DNA of 64,000 nucleotides from Heptranchias perlo (Eukaryota): assembly GCF_035084215.1 (NCBI RefSeq), contig NW_027139260.1:62001-126000 (forward strand). Reading direction: 5' to 3'. The notes beneath the pieces were generated by a model. That model saw only the letters and a list, made by a program, of their open reading frames with translations, was not told the origin of the DNA and did not search any database. The position numbers and the translations under genes were made by a program. Positions 47,651-62,000 of the stretch are shown here, piece by piece. Position 1 is the first letter of the stretch; each line of letters starts with the position of its first letter.

Positions 47651-50600
47651 AGAGAGCTCGAATGTCAGCTCGATGGAGAGCCCGATGGAGAGCCCGATGG
47701 ACAGCCCAATGGAGAGCCCGATGGAGAACCTGACGGAGAGTCCAATGGACAGCTCGATGGAGAGGAGAGCTCGATGGAGAGCTTGATGAAGAGGAGAGCT
47801 CGATGGAGAGGAGAGCTCGATGGAGAGCTCGATGAAGAGGAGAGCTCGATGGAGAGGAGAGCATGATGGAGAGCTCGATTGAGAGGAGAGCTCGATGAAC
47901 AATCCGATGGAGAGTCCAATGGAAAGCCCAAAGGAGAGCCCAATGGAAAGCTCGATGGTGAGTCCAATGGAGAGCCCGATGGAGAGGAGAGCTCGATAGA
48001 GAAGGGAGCTCGATGGAGAGCCCGAAGGAGAGCCCGATGGCGAGCAGAGCTCAATAGAGATCAGAGCCCGATGGAGAGGAGAGCCCGATGGAGAGAGATC
48101 TCGATGGAGAGCCCGATATGGAGCCCGATGGAGAGCCCGATGGACAGGCTGATGGAGAACCCGATGGAGAGTCCAATGGATAGCTCAATGGAGAGGAGAG
48201 CTCGATAGAGAGGAGGTCCTGATGGAGAGCCCGATGGAGGGTCCGATCGAGAGGAGAGCTCGATAGAGAGGAGATCCTGATGGAGAGGAGAGCTCGTTGG
48301 AGAGCCCAATGGAAAGGAGAGCTCAATGGAGAGCCCAATGGAGAGGGGAGCCCGATGGGGAGCTTGATGGAGAGCCTGATGGAGAACCTGATGGAGAGAA
48401 GAGCTCGATGGAGAGCCCGATGGAGAGGAGAGCTCGCTGGCGAGTCCGATGGAGAGCCTGATGGCGAGTCTGATGCAGAGCCCAATGGAGAGCCTGATGG
48501 AGAGCCCGATGGAGAGCCTGATGGAGAGGATAGCCCAATGGAGAGCCTGATGCAGAGGAGAGCCCGATGGAGAGGAGAGCTTGATAGAGAGGAGAGCTTG
48601 ATGGAGAGGAGAGCTCGATGGACAGCTCGATGGAGAGCAAGATGGAGAGCCCGATGAAGAGGAGAGCCCGATCGAGAGCTCGATGGAGAGACCGATCGAG
48701 AGTCCGATCGAGAGCACGATGGAGAGCTCGATGGAGAGTCCGATGGAGAGGACAGCCCGATGGAGAGGAGAGCTTGATAGAGAGGAGAGCTTGATGGAGA
48801 GGAGAGCTCGATTGACAGCTCGATGGAGAGCAAGATGGAGAGCCCGATGGAGAGCTCGATGGAGAGCCCGACACAGAGGAGAGCCTGATGGAAAGCCCGA
48901 TGGAGAGTCCGATGGAGAGGAGAGCTCGATAGTGAAGGGAGCTCGACGGAGAGCCCGAAGGAGAGGAGAGCTCAACGGAGAGCCCGATGGAGAGGAGAGC
49001 CCGATGGAGGGCTTGATGAGAGCCTGATGGAGAACCTGATGGAGAGGAGAGCTCGATGGAGAGCCCGATGGAGAGGAGAGCCTGATGGAGAGCACGATGG
49101 AGAGGAGAGCCCGATGGAGAGGAGAGCCCAATGGAGAGGAGAGCCCGATGGAGAGCTCAATGGAGAGCCCGATGGAGAGGAGAGCCCGATGGAGAGCCCG
49201 ATGGAGAGGAGAGCTCGATGGAGAGAGAGTTCGATGGAGAGCCTGATGGAGAGCCCGATGGAGAGGAGAGCTCGATGGAGAGCCTAATAGGGAGCTCGAT
49301 GGAGCGCGCGATGGAGAGCCCGATGGAGAGGAGAGCTCGATGGAGAGCCGAATAGGGAGCTCGATGGAGAGCCCGATGGAGAGCTCGAAAGAGAGCCCGA
49401 TATAGCGCCTGATGCAGAGCCCGATGGAGAGCCTGATGGAGAGCCCTATGGAGAGCTCGATGGAGAGCCCGATGGAGAGTTCAATGGAGAGCCTGTGAAG
49501 AGCCCGATGGAGACCCTGAAGGAGAGTCCGATGGAGAGCCCGATGGAGAGCTTGGTGGAGAGCCCAATGGAGAGCTCGATGGAGAGGAGAGCCCGATGGA
49601 GAGCCCGATGGTGAGGAGAGCTTGATGGAGAGGAGGGCTCGATGGACAGCTCGATGGAGAGCCCGATGGAGAGGAGAGCATGATGGAGAGCTTGATGGAG
49701 AGCCCGATGGAGAGTCCGATGGAGACCTCAATGGAGAGCACAATGGAGAGCCCGATGCAGAGTCCGATGGAGACCTCGATGAAGAGCACAATGGAGAGCC
49801 CGATGGAGAGCACGATGGAGAGTCCAATGGAGAGAAGAGCTCGATAGAGAGGAGAGTCCGATGGAGAGGAGAGCTCGATAGAGAGGAGAGTCCGATGGAG
49901 AGGAGAGCTCGATAGAGTGGAGAGCCTGATGGAGAGGAGAGCTCGTTGGAGAGCCCAATGGAGAAGAGAGCTCAATGGAGAGCCCGATGGAGAGGAGAGC
50001 CCGACGGAGAGGAGAGCCCAATGGAGAGTCCGATGGAGAGCTCAATGGAGAGCTCGACGCAGAGGAGAGCCTGATGGAAAGCTCGATGGAGAGTCCGATG
50101 GAGAGGAGAGCTCGATGGAGAGCCCGATGGAGAGGAGAGCCCAATGGAGAGCCCGATGGAGAGGAAAGCTCGATAGAGTGGAGATCCTGATGGAGAGCTC
50201 AATGGAGAGCCCGATGGAGAGCCTGATGGAGAGGTGAGCCCGATGGAGAGCACGATGGAGAGGAGAGCCCGATGGAGAGCCTGATGGAGAGGAGAGCCCG
50301 ATGGAGAGCCGGATGCAGAGAGAGCTCGATGGACAGCTCGATGGAGAGCCCGATGGACAGCCCGATGGAGAACCCGATGGAGAGTCCAATGGATAGCTCG
50401 ATGGTGAGGAGAGCTCAATGGAGAGCTCGATGGAGAGGAGAGCTCGATGGAGAGGAGAGCTCGATGGAGAGCCCGGTTGAGAGGAGAGCTCGATGGACAA
50501 ACCGATGGAGAGTCCAATGGAGAGCCCGAAGAAGAGCCCAATGGAAAGCTCGATGGAGAGCCCGATGGAGAGTCCAATGGAAAGCCCGATGAAGATCCTG

Positions 50601-52965
50601 ATGGAGAGCCCGATGGAGAGTCCAATGGATAGCTCGATGGTGAGGAGAGCTCGATGGAGAGCTCGATGGAGAGGAGAGCTCAATGGAGAGCTCGATGAAG
50701 AGGAGAGCTCGATGGAGAGGAGAGCTCGATGGAGAACCCGATTGAGAGGAGAGCTCGATGGACAAACCGATGGAGAGTCCAATGGAGAGCCCGAAGGAGA
50801 GCCCAATGGAAAGCTCGATGGAGAGCCCGATGGAGAGTCCAATGGAGAGCCCGATGGAGAGCTTGGTGGAGAGGAGAGCCCGATGGAGAGCTCGATGGAG
50901 AGGAGAGCCCGATGGAGAGTCGAGCCCAATGGAGAGCCCGATGGTGAGGAGAGCTTGATAGAGAGGAGAGCTCGATGGAGAGGAGGGCTCGATGGACAGC
51001 TCGATGGAGAGCCCGATGGAGAGCACGATGGAGAGTCCAATGGAGAGAAGAGCTCGATAGAGAGGAGAGTCCGATGGAGAGGAGAGCTCGATAGAGAGGA
51101 GAGCCTGATGGAGAGGAGAGCTCGTTGGAGAGCGCAATGGAGAGGAGAGCTCAATGCAGAGCCCGATGGAGAAGAGAGCTCAATGGAGAGCCCGATGGAG
51201 AGGAGAGCCCGACGGAGAGGAGAGCTCAATGGAGAGCCCGACGCAGAGGAGAGCCTGATGGAAAGCTCGATGGAGATTCCGATGGAGAGGAGAGCTCGAT
51301 GGAGAGCCCGATGGAGAGGAGAGCCCAATGGAGAGCCCGATGGAGAGGAGAGCTCGATAGAGTGGAGATCCGGATGGAGAGCTCAATGGAGAACCCGATG
51401 GAGTGTCCGATGGAGCGGAGAGCCTGATGGAGAGCACGATGGAGAGGAGAGCCCGATGGAGAGTCTGATGGAGAGGAGAGCCCGATGGAGAGCCCGATGG
51501 AGAGGAGAGCCCGATGGAGAGCCCGATGGAGTGGAGAGCACGATGGAGAGGAGAGACCGATGGAGAGAGAGCTCGATGGACAGCTCGATGGAGAGCCCGA
51601 TGGAGAGCCCAATGGAGAGCCCGATGGACAGCCCGATGGAGAGTCCAATGGATAGCTCGATGGAGAGGAGAGCTCGATGGAGAGCCCGATGGAAAGCCTG
51701 ATGGAGAGCCCGATGGAGAGTCCAATGGATAGCTCGATGGTGAGGAGAGCTCGATGGAGAGGAGAGCTCAATGGAGAGCTCGATGGAGAGGAGAGCTCGA
51801 TGGAGAGGAGAGCTCGATGTGGAGCTCGATGGAGAGGAGAGCTCAATGGAGAGGAAAGCACGATGGAGAGCCCGGTTGAGAGGAGAGCTCGATGGACAAA
51901 CCGATGGAGAGTCCAATGGAGAGCCCGAAGAAGAGCCCAATGGAAAGCTCGATGGAGAGCCCGATGGAGAGTCCAATGGAGAGCCCGATGGAGAGGAGAG
52001 CTCGATAGAGAAGGGAGCTCGATGGAGAACCCCAAGGAGAGCCCGATGGAGAGCAGAGCTCGATACAGATGAGATCCCGATGGAGAGGAGAGCTCGATTG
52101 ACAAACCGATGGAGATTCCAATGGAGAGCCCGAAGGAGAGCGCAATGGAAAGCTCGATGGAGAGTCCGATGGAGAGTCCAATGGAGAGCCCGATGGAGAG
52201 GAGAGCTCGATAGAGAAGGGAGCTCGATGGAGAACCCCAAGGCGAGCCCGATGGAGAGCAGAGCTCGATACAGATGAGATCCCGATGGAGAGGAGAGCTC
52301 AATGGAGAGCCCGATGGAGAGGAGAGCTCAATGGAGAGCCCGATGGAGAGGAGAGCCCAATGGAGAGCCCGATGGAGAGTCCGATGGAGAGCTCGATGTG
52401 GAGGAGAGCGCAATAGAGAGGAGAGCCCGATGGAAAGCTCGATGGAGAGTCCGATGGAGAGCTCGATGGAGAGCTCAATGGAGAGGCTGATGGAGAGCTC
52501 AATGGAGCACTCGAAGGAGAGCCCGATGGAAAGGAGAGCCCGATGGAGAGCTCGATGGAGAGCCTAATGGAGAGTTCGATGGCGAGCCCGATGGAGAACT
52601 TGATGGAGAGTCCAATGGAGAGCTCGATGGAGAGCCTGATGGAGAGGAGAGCCCGATGGAGAGCTCAATGGAGAGGAGAGCCCTATGGAGAGTCGAGCCC
52701 GATGGAAAGCCCGATGGTGAGGAGAGGTTGATAGGGAGGAGAGCTCGATGGAGAGGAGGGCTTGATGGTCAGCTCGATGGATAGCTCAATTGAGAGCCCG
52801 ATGGTGAGTCCGACGGAGAGCCTGATATCGAGACTGATGCAGAGCACAATGGAGAGCCTGATGGAGAGCCCAATGGAGAGCCTGATGGAGAGCACGATGG
52901 AGAGCCTGATGGAGAGCTCGATGGAGAGCCTGGTGGAGAGGAGAGCCCGATGAAGAGCCCAATGG

Positions 52966-53587
52966 AACATAAGAATATAAGAAATAGGAGCAGGAGTAGG
53001 CCAATCCGCCCCTCGAGCCTGCCCTGCCATTCAATAAGATCATGGCTGATCTGATCCTAACCTCAAATCTAAATTCTTGGCCAATTTCCTGCCCGCTCCC
53101 TGTAACCCCTAATTCCCCTTACTTCTAGGAAACTGTCTATTTCTGTTTTAAATGTATTTAATGATGTAGCTTCCACAGCTTCCTGGGGCAGCAAATTCCA
53201 CAGACCTACTACCCTCTGAGTGAAGAAGTTTCTCCTCATCTCAGTTTTGAAAGAGCAGCCCCTTATTCTAAGATTATGCCGCCTCGTTCCAGTTTCACCC
53301 ATCCTTGGGAACATCCTTACCGCATCCACCCGATCAAGCCCCTTCACAATCTTATATGTTTCAATAAGATCGCCTCTCATTCTTCTGAACTCCAATGAGT
53401 AGAGTCCCAATCTACTCAACCTCTCCTCATATGTCCGACCCTCATCCCCAGGATTAACCGAGTGAACCTTCTTTGTACTGCCTCGAGAGCAAGTATGTCT
53501 TTTCTTAAGTATGGAGACCAAAACTGTATGCAGTATTCCAGGTGCGGTCTCACCAATACCTTATATAACTGCAGCAATACCTCACTG
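52966..53587 (-). mobile_element. CR1 3' fragment, copy 3 of 5
   Basis: Same fragment and junctions (ATGGA|ACATAAG ... CTG|AGAGAGCTCG). Confidence 0.95.
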
Positions 53588-55399
53588 AGAGAGCTCGAAT
53601 GTCAGCTCGATGGAGAGCCCGATGGAGAGCCCGATGGACAGCCCAATGGAGAGCCCGATGGAGAACCTGACGGAGAGCCCAATGGACAGCTCGATGGAGA
53701 GGAGAGCTCGATGGAGAGCTCGATGAAGAGGAGAGCTCGATCGAGAGGAGAGCTCGATTGAAAGCTCGATGAAGAGGAGAGCTCGATGGAGAGGAGAGCA
53801 TGATGGAGAGCTCGATTGAGAGGAGAGCTCGATGAACAATCCGATGGAGAGTCCAATGGAAAGCCCGAAGGAGAGCCCAATGGAAAGCCCGAAGGAGAGC
53901 CCAATGGAAAGCTCGAAGGAGAGCCCAATGGAAAGCTCGATGGTGTGTCCATTGGAGAGCCCGATGGAGAGGAGAGCTCGATAGAGAAGGGAGCTCGATG
54001 GAGAGCCCGATGGAGAGCCCGATGGAGAGCAGAGCTCGATAGAGAGCAGAGCCCGATGGAGAGGAGAGCCTGATGGAGAGAGATCTTGATTTGAGAGCCC
54101 GATGGAGAGCCCGATGGACAGGCCGATGGAGAACCCGATGGAGAGTCCAATGGATAGCTCAATGGAGAGGAGAGCTCGATGGAGAGCTCGATGAAGAGGA
54201 GAGCTCGATGAGGAGGAGAGCTCGATGGAGAGCTCGATGAAGAGGAGAGCTCGATTGAGAGGAGAGCTCGATGGACAAACCGATGGAGAGTCCAATGGAG
54301 AGCCCGAAGGACAGCCCAATGGAAAGCTCGATGGAGAGCCCGATGGAGAGTCCAATGAAGAGCCCAATGGAGAGGAGAGCTCAATGGAGAGCCCGATGGA
54401 GAGGAATGCCCGATGGAGAGCACGATGGAGAGCCTGATGGAGAGCCCGATGGAGAGCACGATGGAGAGTCCAATGGAGAGAAGAGCTCGATAGAGAGGAG
54501 AGTCCGATGGAGAGGAGAGCTCGATAGAGAGGAGAGCCTGATGGAGAGGAGATCTCGTTGGAGAGCGCAATGGAGAGGAGAGCTCAATGGAGAGCCCGAT
54601 GGAGAGCCTGTTGGAGAGCTTGTTGGAGAGCCAGATGGAGAGCTTGATGGAGAGGAGAGCTCGATGGAGAGTCCGATGGAGAGCTCAATGGAGAGCCCGA
54701 CGCAGAGGAGAGCCTGATGGAAAGCCCGATGGAGAGTCCGATGGACAGGAGATCTCGATAGAGTGGAGAGCCCGATGGAGAGCTCAATGGAGAGCCCGAT
54801 GGAGAGTCCGATGGAGAGCCTGATGGACAGCTCGATGGAGAGCTCGATGTAGAGTCCGATGGAGAGCCTGATGGACAGCTCGATGGAGCCCCTGATGCAG
54901 AGCCCAATGGAGACCCCGATGGGGAGGAGAGCCCAATGGAGAGTCCGGTGGAGAGCACGATGGAGAGCACGATGGAGAGGAGAGCCCAATGGAGAGTCCG
55001 ATGGAGAGCTCAATGGAGAGACCGACGCAGAGGAGAGCCTCATGGAAAGCCCGATGGAGAGTCCAATGGAGAGGAGAGCTCGATAGAGAGGAGATCCTGA
55101 TGGAGAGAAGAGCTCGTTGGAGAGCCCAATGGAGAGGAGAGCTCAATTGAGAGCCCAATGGAGAGTTTAATGGAGAGCCTGATGGAGAACCTGGTGGAGG
55201 GCCTGATGGAGAGGAGAGCTCGATTGAGAGCCCGATGGAGAGTCCGACGGAGAGCCTGATGGCGAGCCTGATGCAGAGCACAATGGAGAGCCTGATGCAG
55301 AGCCCTATGGAGAGCCTGATGGAGAGCCCGATGGAGAGCCTGATGGAGAGCTCGATGGAGAGCCTGGTGGAGAGGAGCGCCCGATGAAGAGCCCGATGG

Positions 55400-56022
55400 A
55401 ACATAAGGATATAAGAAATAGGAGCAGGAGTAGGCCAATCGGCCCCTCGAGCCTGCCCTGCCATTCAATAAGATCATGGCTGATCTGATCCTAACCTCAA
55501 ATCTAAATTCATGTCCAATTTCCTGCCCGCTCCCTGTAACCCCTAATTCCCCTTACTTCCAGGAAACTGTCTATTTCTGTTTTAAATTTATTTAATGATG
55601 TAGCTTCCACAGCTTCCTGGGGCAGCAAATTCCACAGACCTACCACCCTCTAAGTGAAGCAATTTCTCCTCATCTCAGTTTTGAAAGAGCAGCCCCTTAT
55701 TCTAAGATTATGCCCCCGAGTTCCAGTTTCACCCATCCTTGGGAACATCCTTACCGCATCCACCCGATCAAGTCCCTTCACAATCTTATATGTTTCAATA
55801 AGATCGCCTCTCATTCTTCTGAACTCCAATGAGTAGAGTCCCAATCTACTCAACCTCTCCTCACATGTCCACCCCCTCATCCCCGGGATTAACCGAGTGA
55901 ACCTTCTTTGTACTGCCTCGAGAGCAAGTATGTCTTTTCTTAAGTATGGAGACCAAAACTGTATGCAGTATTCCAGGTGCGGTCTCACCAATACCTTATA
56001 TAACTGCAGCAATACCTCCCTG
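55400..56022 (-). mobile_element. CR1 3' fragment, copy 4 of 5
   Basis: Same fragment and junctions. Confidence 0.95.
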
Positions 56023-59000
56023 AGAGAGCTCGATTGTCAGCTCGATGGAGAGCCCGATGGAGAGCCCGATGGCAGCCCGATGGAGAGCCCAATGGAGAAC
56101 CTGATGGAGAGTCCAATGGACAGCTCGATGGAGAGGAGAGCTCGATGGAGAGGAGAGCTCGATGGAGAGGAGAGCCCGATGGAGAGCTCGATTGAGAGGA
56201 GGGCTCGATGGACAATCCGATGGAGAGTCCAATGGAAAGCCCGAAGGAGAGCCCAATGGAAAGCTCGATGGAGAGCCCGATGGTGAGTCCAATGGAGAGC
56301 CCGATGGAGAGGAGAGCTCGATAGAGAAGGGAGCTCGATGGAGAGTCCGATGGAGAACCCGATGGAGAGCCCGATGGAGAACCCGATGGAGAGTCCAATG
56401 GATAGCTCGATGGAGAGGAGAGCTCGATGGAGAGCTCGATGGCGAGCACGATGGAGAGAAGAGCCCGATGGACAGCTCGATGGAGAGCCCGATGGACAGC
56501 CCGGTGGAGAACCTGATGGAGAGTCCAATGGATAGCTCGATGGAAAGGAGAGCTCGATGGAGAGCTCGATGAAGAGGAGAGCTCGATGGAGAGGAGAGCT
56601 CGATGGAGAGCTCGATGAAGAGGAGAGCTCGATGGAGAGGAGAGTTCGATGGAGAGCTCTATGAAGAGGAGAGCTCGATGGAGAGCTCGATGAAGAGGAG
56701 AGCTCGATGGAGAGGAGAGCTCGATGGAGAGCTCGATGAAGAGGAGAGCTCGATGGAGAGGGGAGTTCGATGGAGAGCTCTATGAAGAGGAGAGCTCGAT
56801 GGAGAGGAGAGCTCGATGGAGAGCTCGATGAAGAGGAGAGCTCGATGGACAAACCAATGGAGAGCCCAATGGAAAGCTTGATGGAGAGCCCGATGGAGAG
56901 TCCAGAGGAGAGCCCGACGGAGAGTCCAATGGAGAGCCCGATGGAGAGGTGAGCTCGATAGAGAAGGGAGCTCGATGGAGAGCCCGATGGGGAGTCCAAT
57001 GGAGAGCCCGATGGAGAGGAGAGCTCGATAGAGAAGGGAGCTCGATGGAGAGCCCAAAGGAGAGCCCGATGGAGAGCAGAGCTCGATAGAGAGCATGATG
57101 GAGAGCTCGATGTGGAGGAGAGCTCAATAGAGAGGAGAGCCCGATGGAAAGCTCGATGGAGAGTCCGATGGAGAGTCCAATGGAGAGCTCGACGGAGAGC
57201 TCAATGGAGAGGAGAGCCCGATGGAGAGGAGAGCTTGATCGAGAGGAGAGTTCGATGTACAGCTCGATGGAGAGCCAGATGGAGAGCAGAATGGAGAGGA
57301 GAGCCCGATCGAGAGCTCGATGGAGAGCTCGATGGCGAGCACGATGGAGAGAAGAGCCCGATGGAGAGGAGAGCCCGATGGAGAGAGAGCTCGATGGACA
57401 GCTCGATGGAGAGCCCAATGGACAGCCCGGTGGAGAACCTGATGGAGAGTCCAATGGATAGCTCGATGGAAAGGAGAGCTCGATGGAGAGCTCGATGAAG
57501 AGGAGAGCTCGATGGAGAGGAGAGCTCGATGGAGAGCTCGATGGAGAGGAGAGTTCGATGGAGAGCTCTGTGAAGAGGAGAGCTCGATGGAGAGGAGAGC
57601 TCGATGGAGAGCTCGATGAAGAGGAGAGCTCGATGGACAAACCAATGGAGAGCCCAATGGAAAGCTTGATGGAGAGCCCGATGGAGAGTCCAGAGGAGAG
57701 CCCGACGGAGAGTCCAATGGAGAGCCCGATGGAGAGGTGAGCTCGATAGAGAAGGGAGTTCGATGGAGAGCCCAAAGGAGAGCCCGATGGAGAGCAGAGC
57801 TCGATAGAGAGCATGATGGAGAGCTCGATGTGGAGGAGAGCTCAATAGAGAGGAGAGCCCGATGGAAAGCTCGATGGAGAGTCCGATGGAGAGTCCAATG
57901 GAGAGCTCGATGGAGAGCTCAATGGAGAGGAGAGCCCGATGGAGAGGAGAGCTTGATCGAGAGGAGAGTTCGATGTACAGCTCGATGGAGAGCCAGATGG
58001 AGAGCAGAATGGAGAGGAGAGCCCGATCGAGAGCTCGATGGAGAGCTCAATGGAGAGTCTGATGGAGAGCTCAGTGGAGAGACCGACGCAGAGGAGAGCC
58101 TGTTGGAAAGACCGATGGAGAGTCCGATGGAGAGGAGAGCTCGATAGTGAAGGGAGCTCGATGGAAAGCCCGATGGAGAGTCCGATGGAGAGGAGAGCTC
58201 GATAGTGAAGGCAGCTCGATGGAAAGCCCGATGGAGAGTCCGATGGAGAGCCCGATGGAGAGGAGAGCCTGATGGAAAGCTTGATGAGAGCCTGATGGTG
58301 AACCTGATGGAGAGGAGAGCTCGATGGAGAGCCCGATGGAGAGGAGAGCACGTTGGAGAACCCGATGGAGAGGAGAGCCCGATGGAGAGCCCGATGGAGA
58401 GGATAGCCCAATGGAGAGCCCGATGGAGAGGAGAGCCCAATGTAGAGCCCGATGGAGAGGAGAGCCCGAGGGAGAGCTCAATGGAGAGCCCGATGGAGAG
58501 TCCGATGGAGAGGAGAGCCCAATGGAGAGTCCGATGGAGAGGAGAGCCCCATGGAGAGCCCGATGAAGAGCCCGATGGAGAGGAGAGCCCCATGGAGAGC
58601 CCGATGGAGAGTCCGATGGAGAGCCTGATGGACAGCTCGACGGAGAGCCAGATGCAGAGCCCAATGGAGAGCCCGATGGGGGGCACGATGGAGAGGAGAG
58701 CCCGATGGAGAGCCCAATGGAGAGGAGAGCCCCATGGAGAGCCCGATGGAGAGCCCGATGGAGAGGAGAGCATGATGGAGAGCTCGATTGAGAGGAGAGC
58801 TCGATTGAGAGGAGAGCTCGATGGACAATCCGATGGAGAGTCCAATGGAGAGCCCGAAGGAGAGCCCAATGGATAGCTCGATGGAGAGGAGAGCTCGATG
58901 GAGAGCTCGATGGAGAGGAGAGCTCGATGGACAAACCGATGGAGAGCCCAATGGAGAGCCCGATGGAGAGGAGAGCTCGATAGAGAAGGGAGCTCGATGG

Positions 59001-62000
59001 AGAATCCGAAGGAGAGCCCGATGGAGAGCAGAGCTCGATACAGAGGAGAGCCCGATGGAGAGGAGAGCTCAATGGAGAGCCCGATGGAGAGGAAAGCCCG
59101 ATGGAGAGCACGATGGAGAGCCTGATGGAGAGCCCGATGGAGAGCATGATGGAGAGTCCAATGGAGAGAAGAGCTCGATAGAGAGGAGAGTCCGATGGAG
59201 AGGAGTGCTCGATGGAGAGGAGAGTTCGATGGACAGCTCGATGGAGAGCCAGATGGAGAGCAGAATGGAGAGGAGAGCCCGATGGAGAGCTCGATGGAGA
59301 GTCTGATGGAGAGCTCAGTGGAGAGACCGACGCAGAGGAGAGCCTGTTGGAAAGCCCGATGGAGAGTCCGATGGAGAGGAGAGCTCGATAGTGAAGGGAG
59401 CTCGATGGAAAGCCCGATGGAGAGTCCGATGGAGAGCCCGATGGAGAGGAGAGCCTGATGGAAAGCTTGATGAGAGCCTGATGGTGAACCTGATGGAGAG
59501 GAGAGCTCGATGGAGAGCCCGATGGAGAGGAGAGCACGTTGGAGAGCCCGATGGAGAGGAGAGCTCGATGGAGAGACCGATGGAGAGTCCGATGGAGAGC
59601 TCAATGGAGAAACAGACGCAGAGGAGAGTCTGATGGAAAGCCCGATGGAGAGTCCGATGGAGAGGAGAGCTCGATAGTGAAGGGAGCTCGATGGAAAGCC
59701 CGATGGAGAGTCCGATGGAGAGGAGAGCCCGATGGAGAGCCCGATGGAGAGGAGAGCCCAATGTAGAGCCCGATGGAGAGGAGAGCCCGATGGAGAGCCC
59801 GATGGAGAGGAGAGCCCAATGGAGAGCCCGATGGAGAGGAGAGCCCAATGTAGAGCCCGATGGAGAGGAGAGCCCGATGGAGAGCCCGATGGAGAGGAGA
59901 GCCCAATGGAGAGCCCGATGGAGAGGAGAGCCCAATGTAGAGCCCGATGGAGAGGAGAGCCCGAGGGAGAGCTCAATGGAGAGCCCGATGGAGAGTCCAA
60001 TGGAGAGGAGAGCCCAATGGAGAGTCCGATGGAGAGGAGAGCCCAATGGAGAGCTCAAGGGAGAGCCCGATGGAGAGTCCGATGGAGAGCCCAGTGGAGA
60101 GTCCGATGGAGAGCCCGATGGAGAGGAGAGCATGATGGAGAGCTCGATTGAGAGGAGAGCTCGATTGAGAGGAGAGCTCGATGGACAATCCGATGGAGAG
60201 TCCAATGGAGAGCCGGAAGGAGAGCCCAATGGATAGCTCGATGGAGAGCTCGATGGCGAGCACGATGGAGAGAAGAGCTCGATGAGAGGAGAGCCCGATG
60301 GAGAGAGAGCAATGTGGACAGCCCGATGGACAGCCCGATGGAGAGTCCAATGGATAGCTCGATGGAGAGGAGAGCTCGATGGTGAGCTCGATGAAGAGGA
60401 GAGCTCGATGGAGAGGAGAGCTTGATGAAGAGGAGAGCTCGATGGAGAGCTCGATAGAGAAGGGAGCTCGATGGAGAATCCGAAGGAGAGCCCGATGGAG
60501 AGCAGAGCTCGATACAGAGGAGAGCCCGATGGAGAGGAGAGCTCAATGGAGAGCCCGATGAAGAGGAAAGCCCGATGGAGAGCATGATGGAGAGCCCGAT
60601 GGAGAGCATGATGGAGAGTCCAATGGAGAGAAGAGCTCAATAGAGAGGAGAGTCCGATGGAGAGGAGTGCTCGATGGAGAGGAGAGCCTGATGGAGAGGA
60701 GAGCTCAATGGAGAGCCCGATGGAGAGGAGAGCCTGATGGAGAGCTTGTTGGAGAGCCTGATGGAGAGCTTGATGGAGAGGAGAGCTCGATGGAGAGTCC
60801 GATGGAGAGCTCAATGGAGAGCCTGACGCAGAGGAGAGCCTGATGGAAAGCCCGATGGAGAGTCCGATGGAGAGGAGAGCTCGATGGAGAGCCCGATGGA
60901 GAGGAGAGCCCAATGGAGAGCCCGATGGAGAGGAGAGCTCGATAGAGTGGAGAGCCCGATGGAGAGCTCGATGGAGAGCACGAGGGAGAGTCCAATGGAG
61001 AGCCTGATGGACAGCTCGATGGAGCCCCTGATGCAGAGCCCAATGGAGAGCCCGATGGGGAGCACGATGGAGAGCCCGACGCAGAGGAGAGCCTGATGGA
61101 AAGCCCGATGGAGAGTCCGATGGAGAGGAGAGCTCGATGGAGAGCCGATGGAGAGGAGAGCCCACTGGAGAGCCCGATGGAAAGGAGAGCTCGATAGAGT
61201 GGAGAGCCCGATGGAGAGCTCAATGGAGAGCCCGATGGAGAGTCCGATGGAGAGCCTGATGGACAGCTCGATGGAGAGCCTGATGCAGAGCCCAATGGAG
61301 AGCCCGATGAGGAGCACGATGGAGAGGAGAGCCCGATGGAGAGCCCGATGGAGAGGCGAGCCCGATGGAGAGCCCGATGGAGAGGAGAGCCCAATGGAGA
61401 GAGAGCTGGATGGACAGCTCGATGGAGAACCCGATGGAGAGTCCAATGCTTAGCTCGATGGAGAGGAGAGCTCGATGGAGAGCTCGGTGGAGAGTTGAGC
61501 TCGATGGAGAGGAGAGCTCAATGGAGAGCTCGATGGAGAGGAGAGCTCGATGGAGAGCTCGATGAAGAGGAGAGCTCGAAGGAGAGCTCGATGAAGAGGA
61601 GAGCTCGCTGCAGAGGAGAGCTCGATGGAGAGGAGAGCATGATGGAGAGCTCGATTAAGAGGAGAGCTCGATGGACAAACCGATGGAGAGTCCAATGGAG
61701 AGCCCGAAGGAGAGCCCAATGGAAATATCAATGGAGAGCCCGATGGAGAGTCCAATGGAGAGCCCGATGGAGAACCCGATCGAGAGGAGAGCTCGATGGA
61801 GAGGAGAGCTCAATGGAGAGCTCGATGAAGAGGAGAGCTCGATGGAGAGCTCAATGGAGAGGAGAGCTCGATGGAGAGCTCGATGGAGAGGAAAGCACAA
61901 TGGAGAGCTCGATTGAGAGGAGAGCTCGATGGACAAACCGATGGAGAGTCCAATGGAGAGCCCGAAGGAGAGCCCAATGGAAAGCTCGATGGAGAGCCCG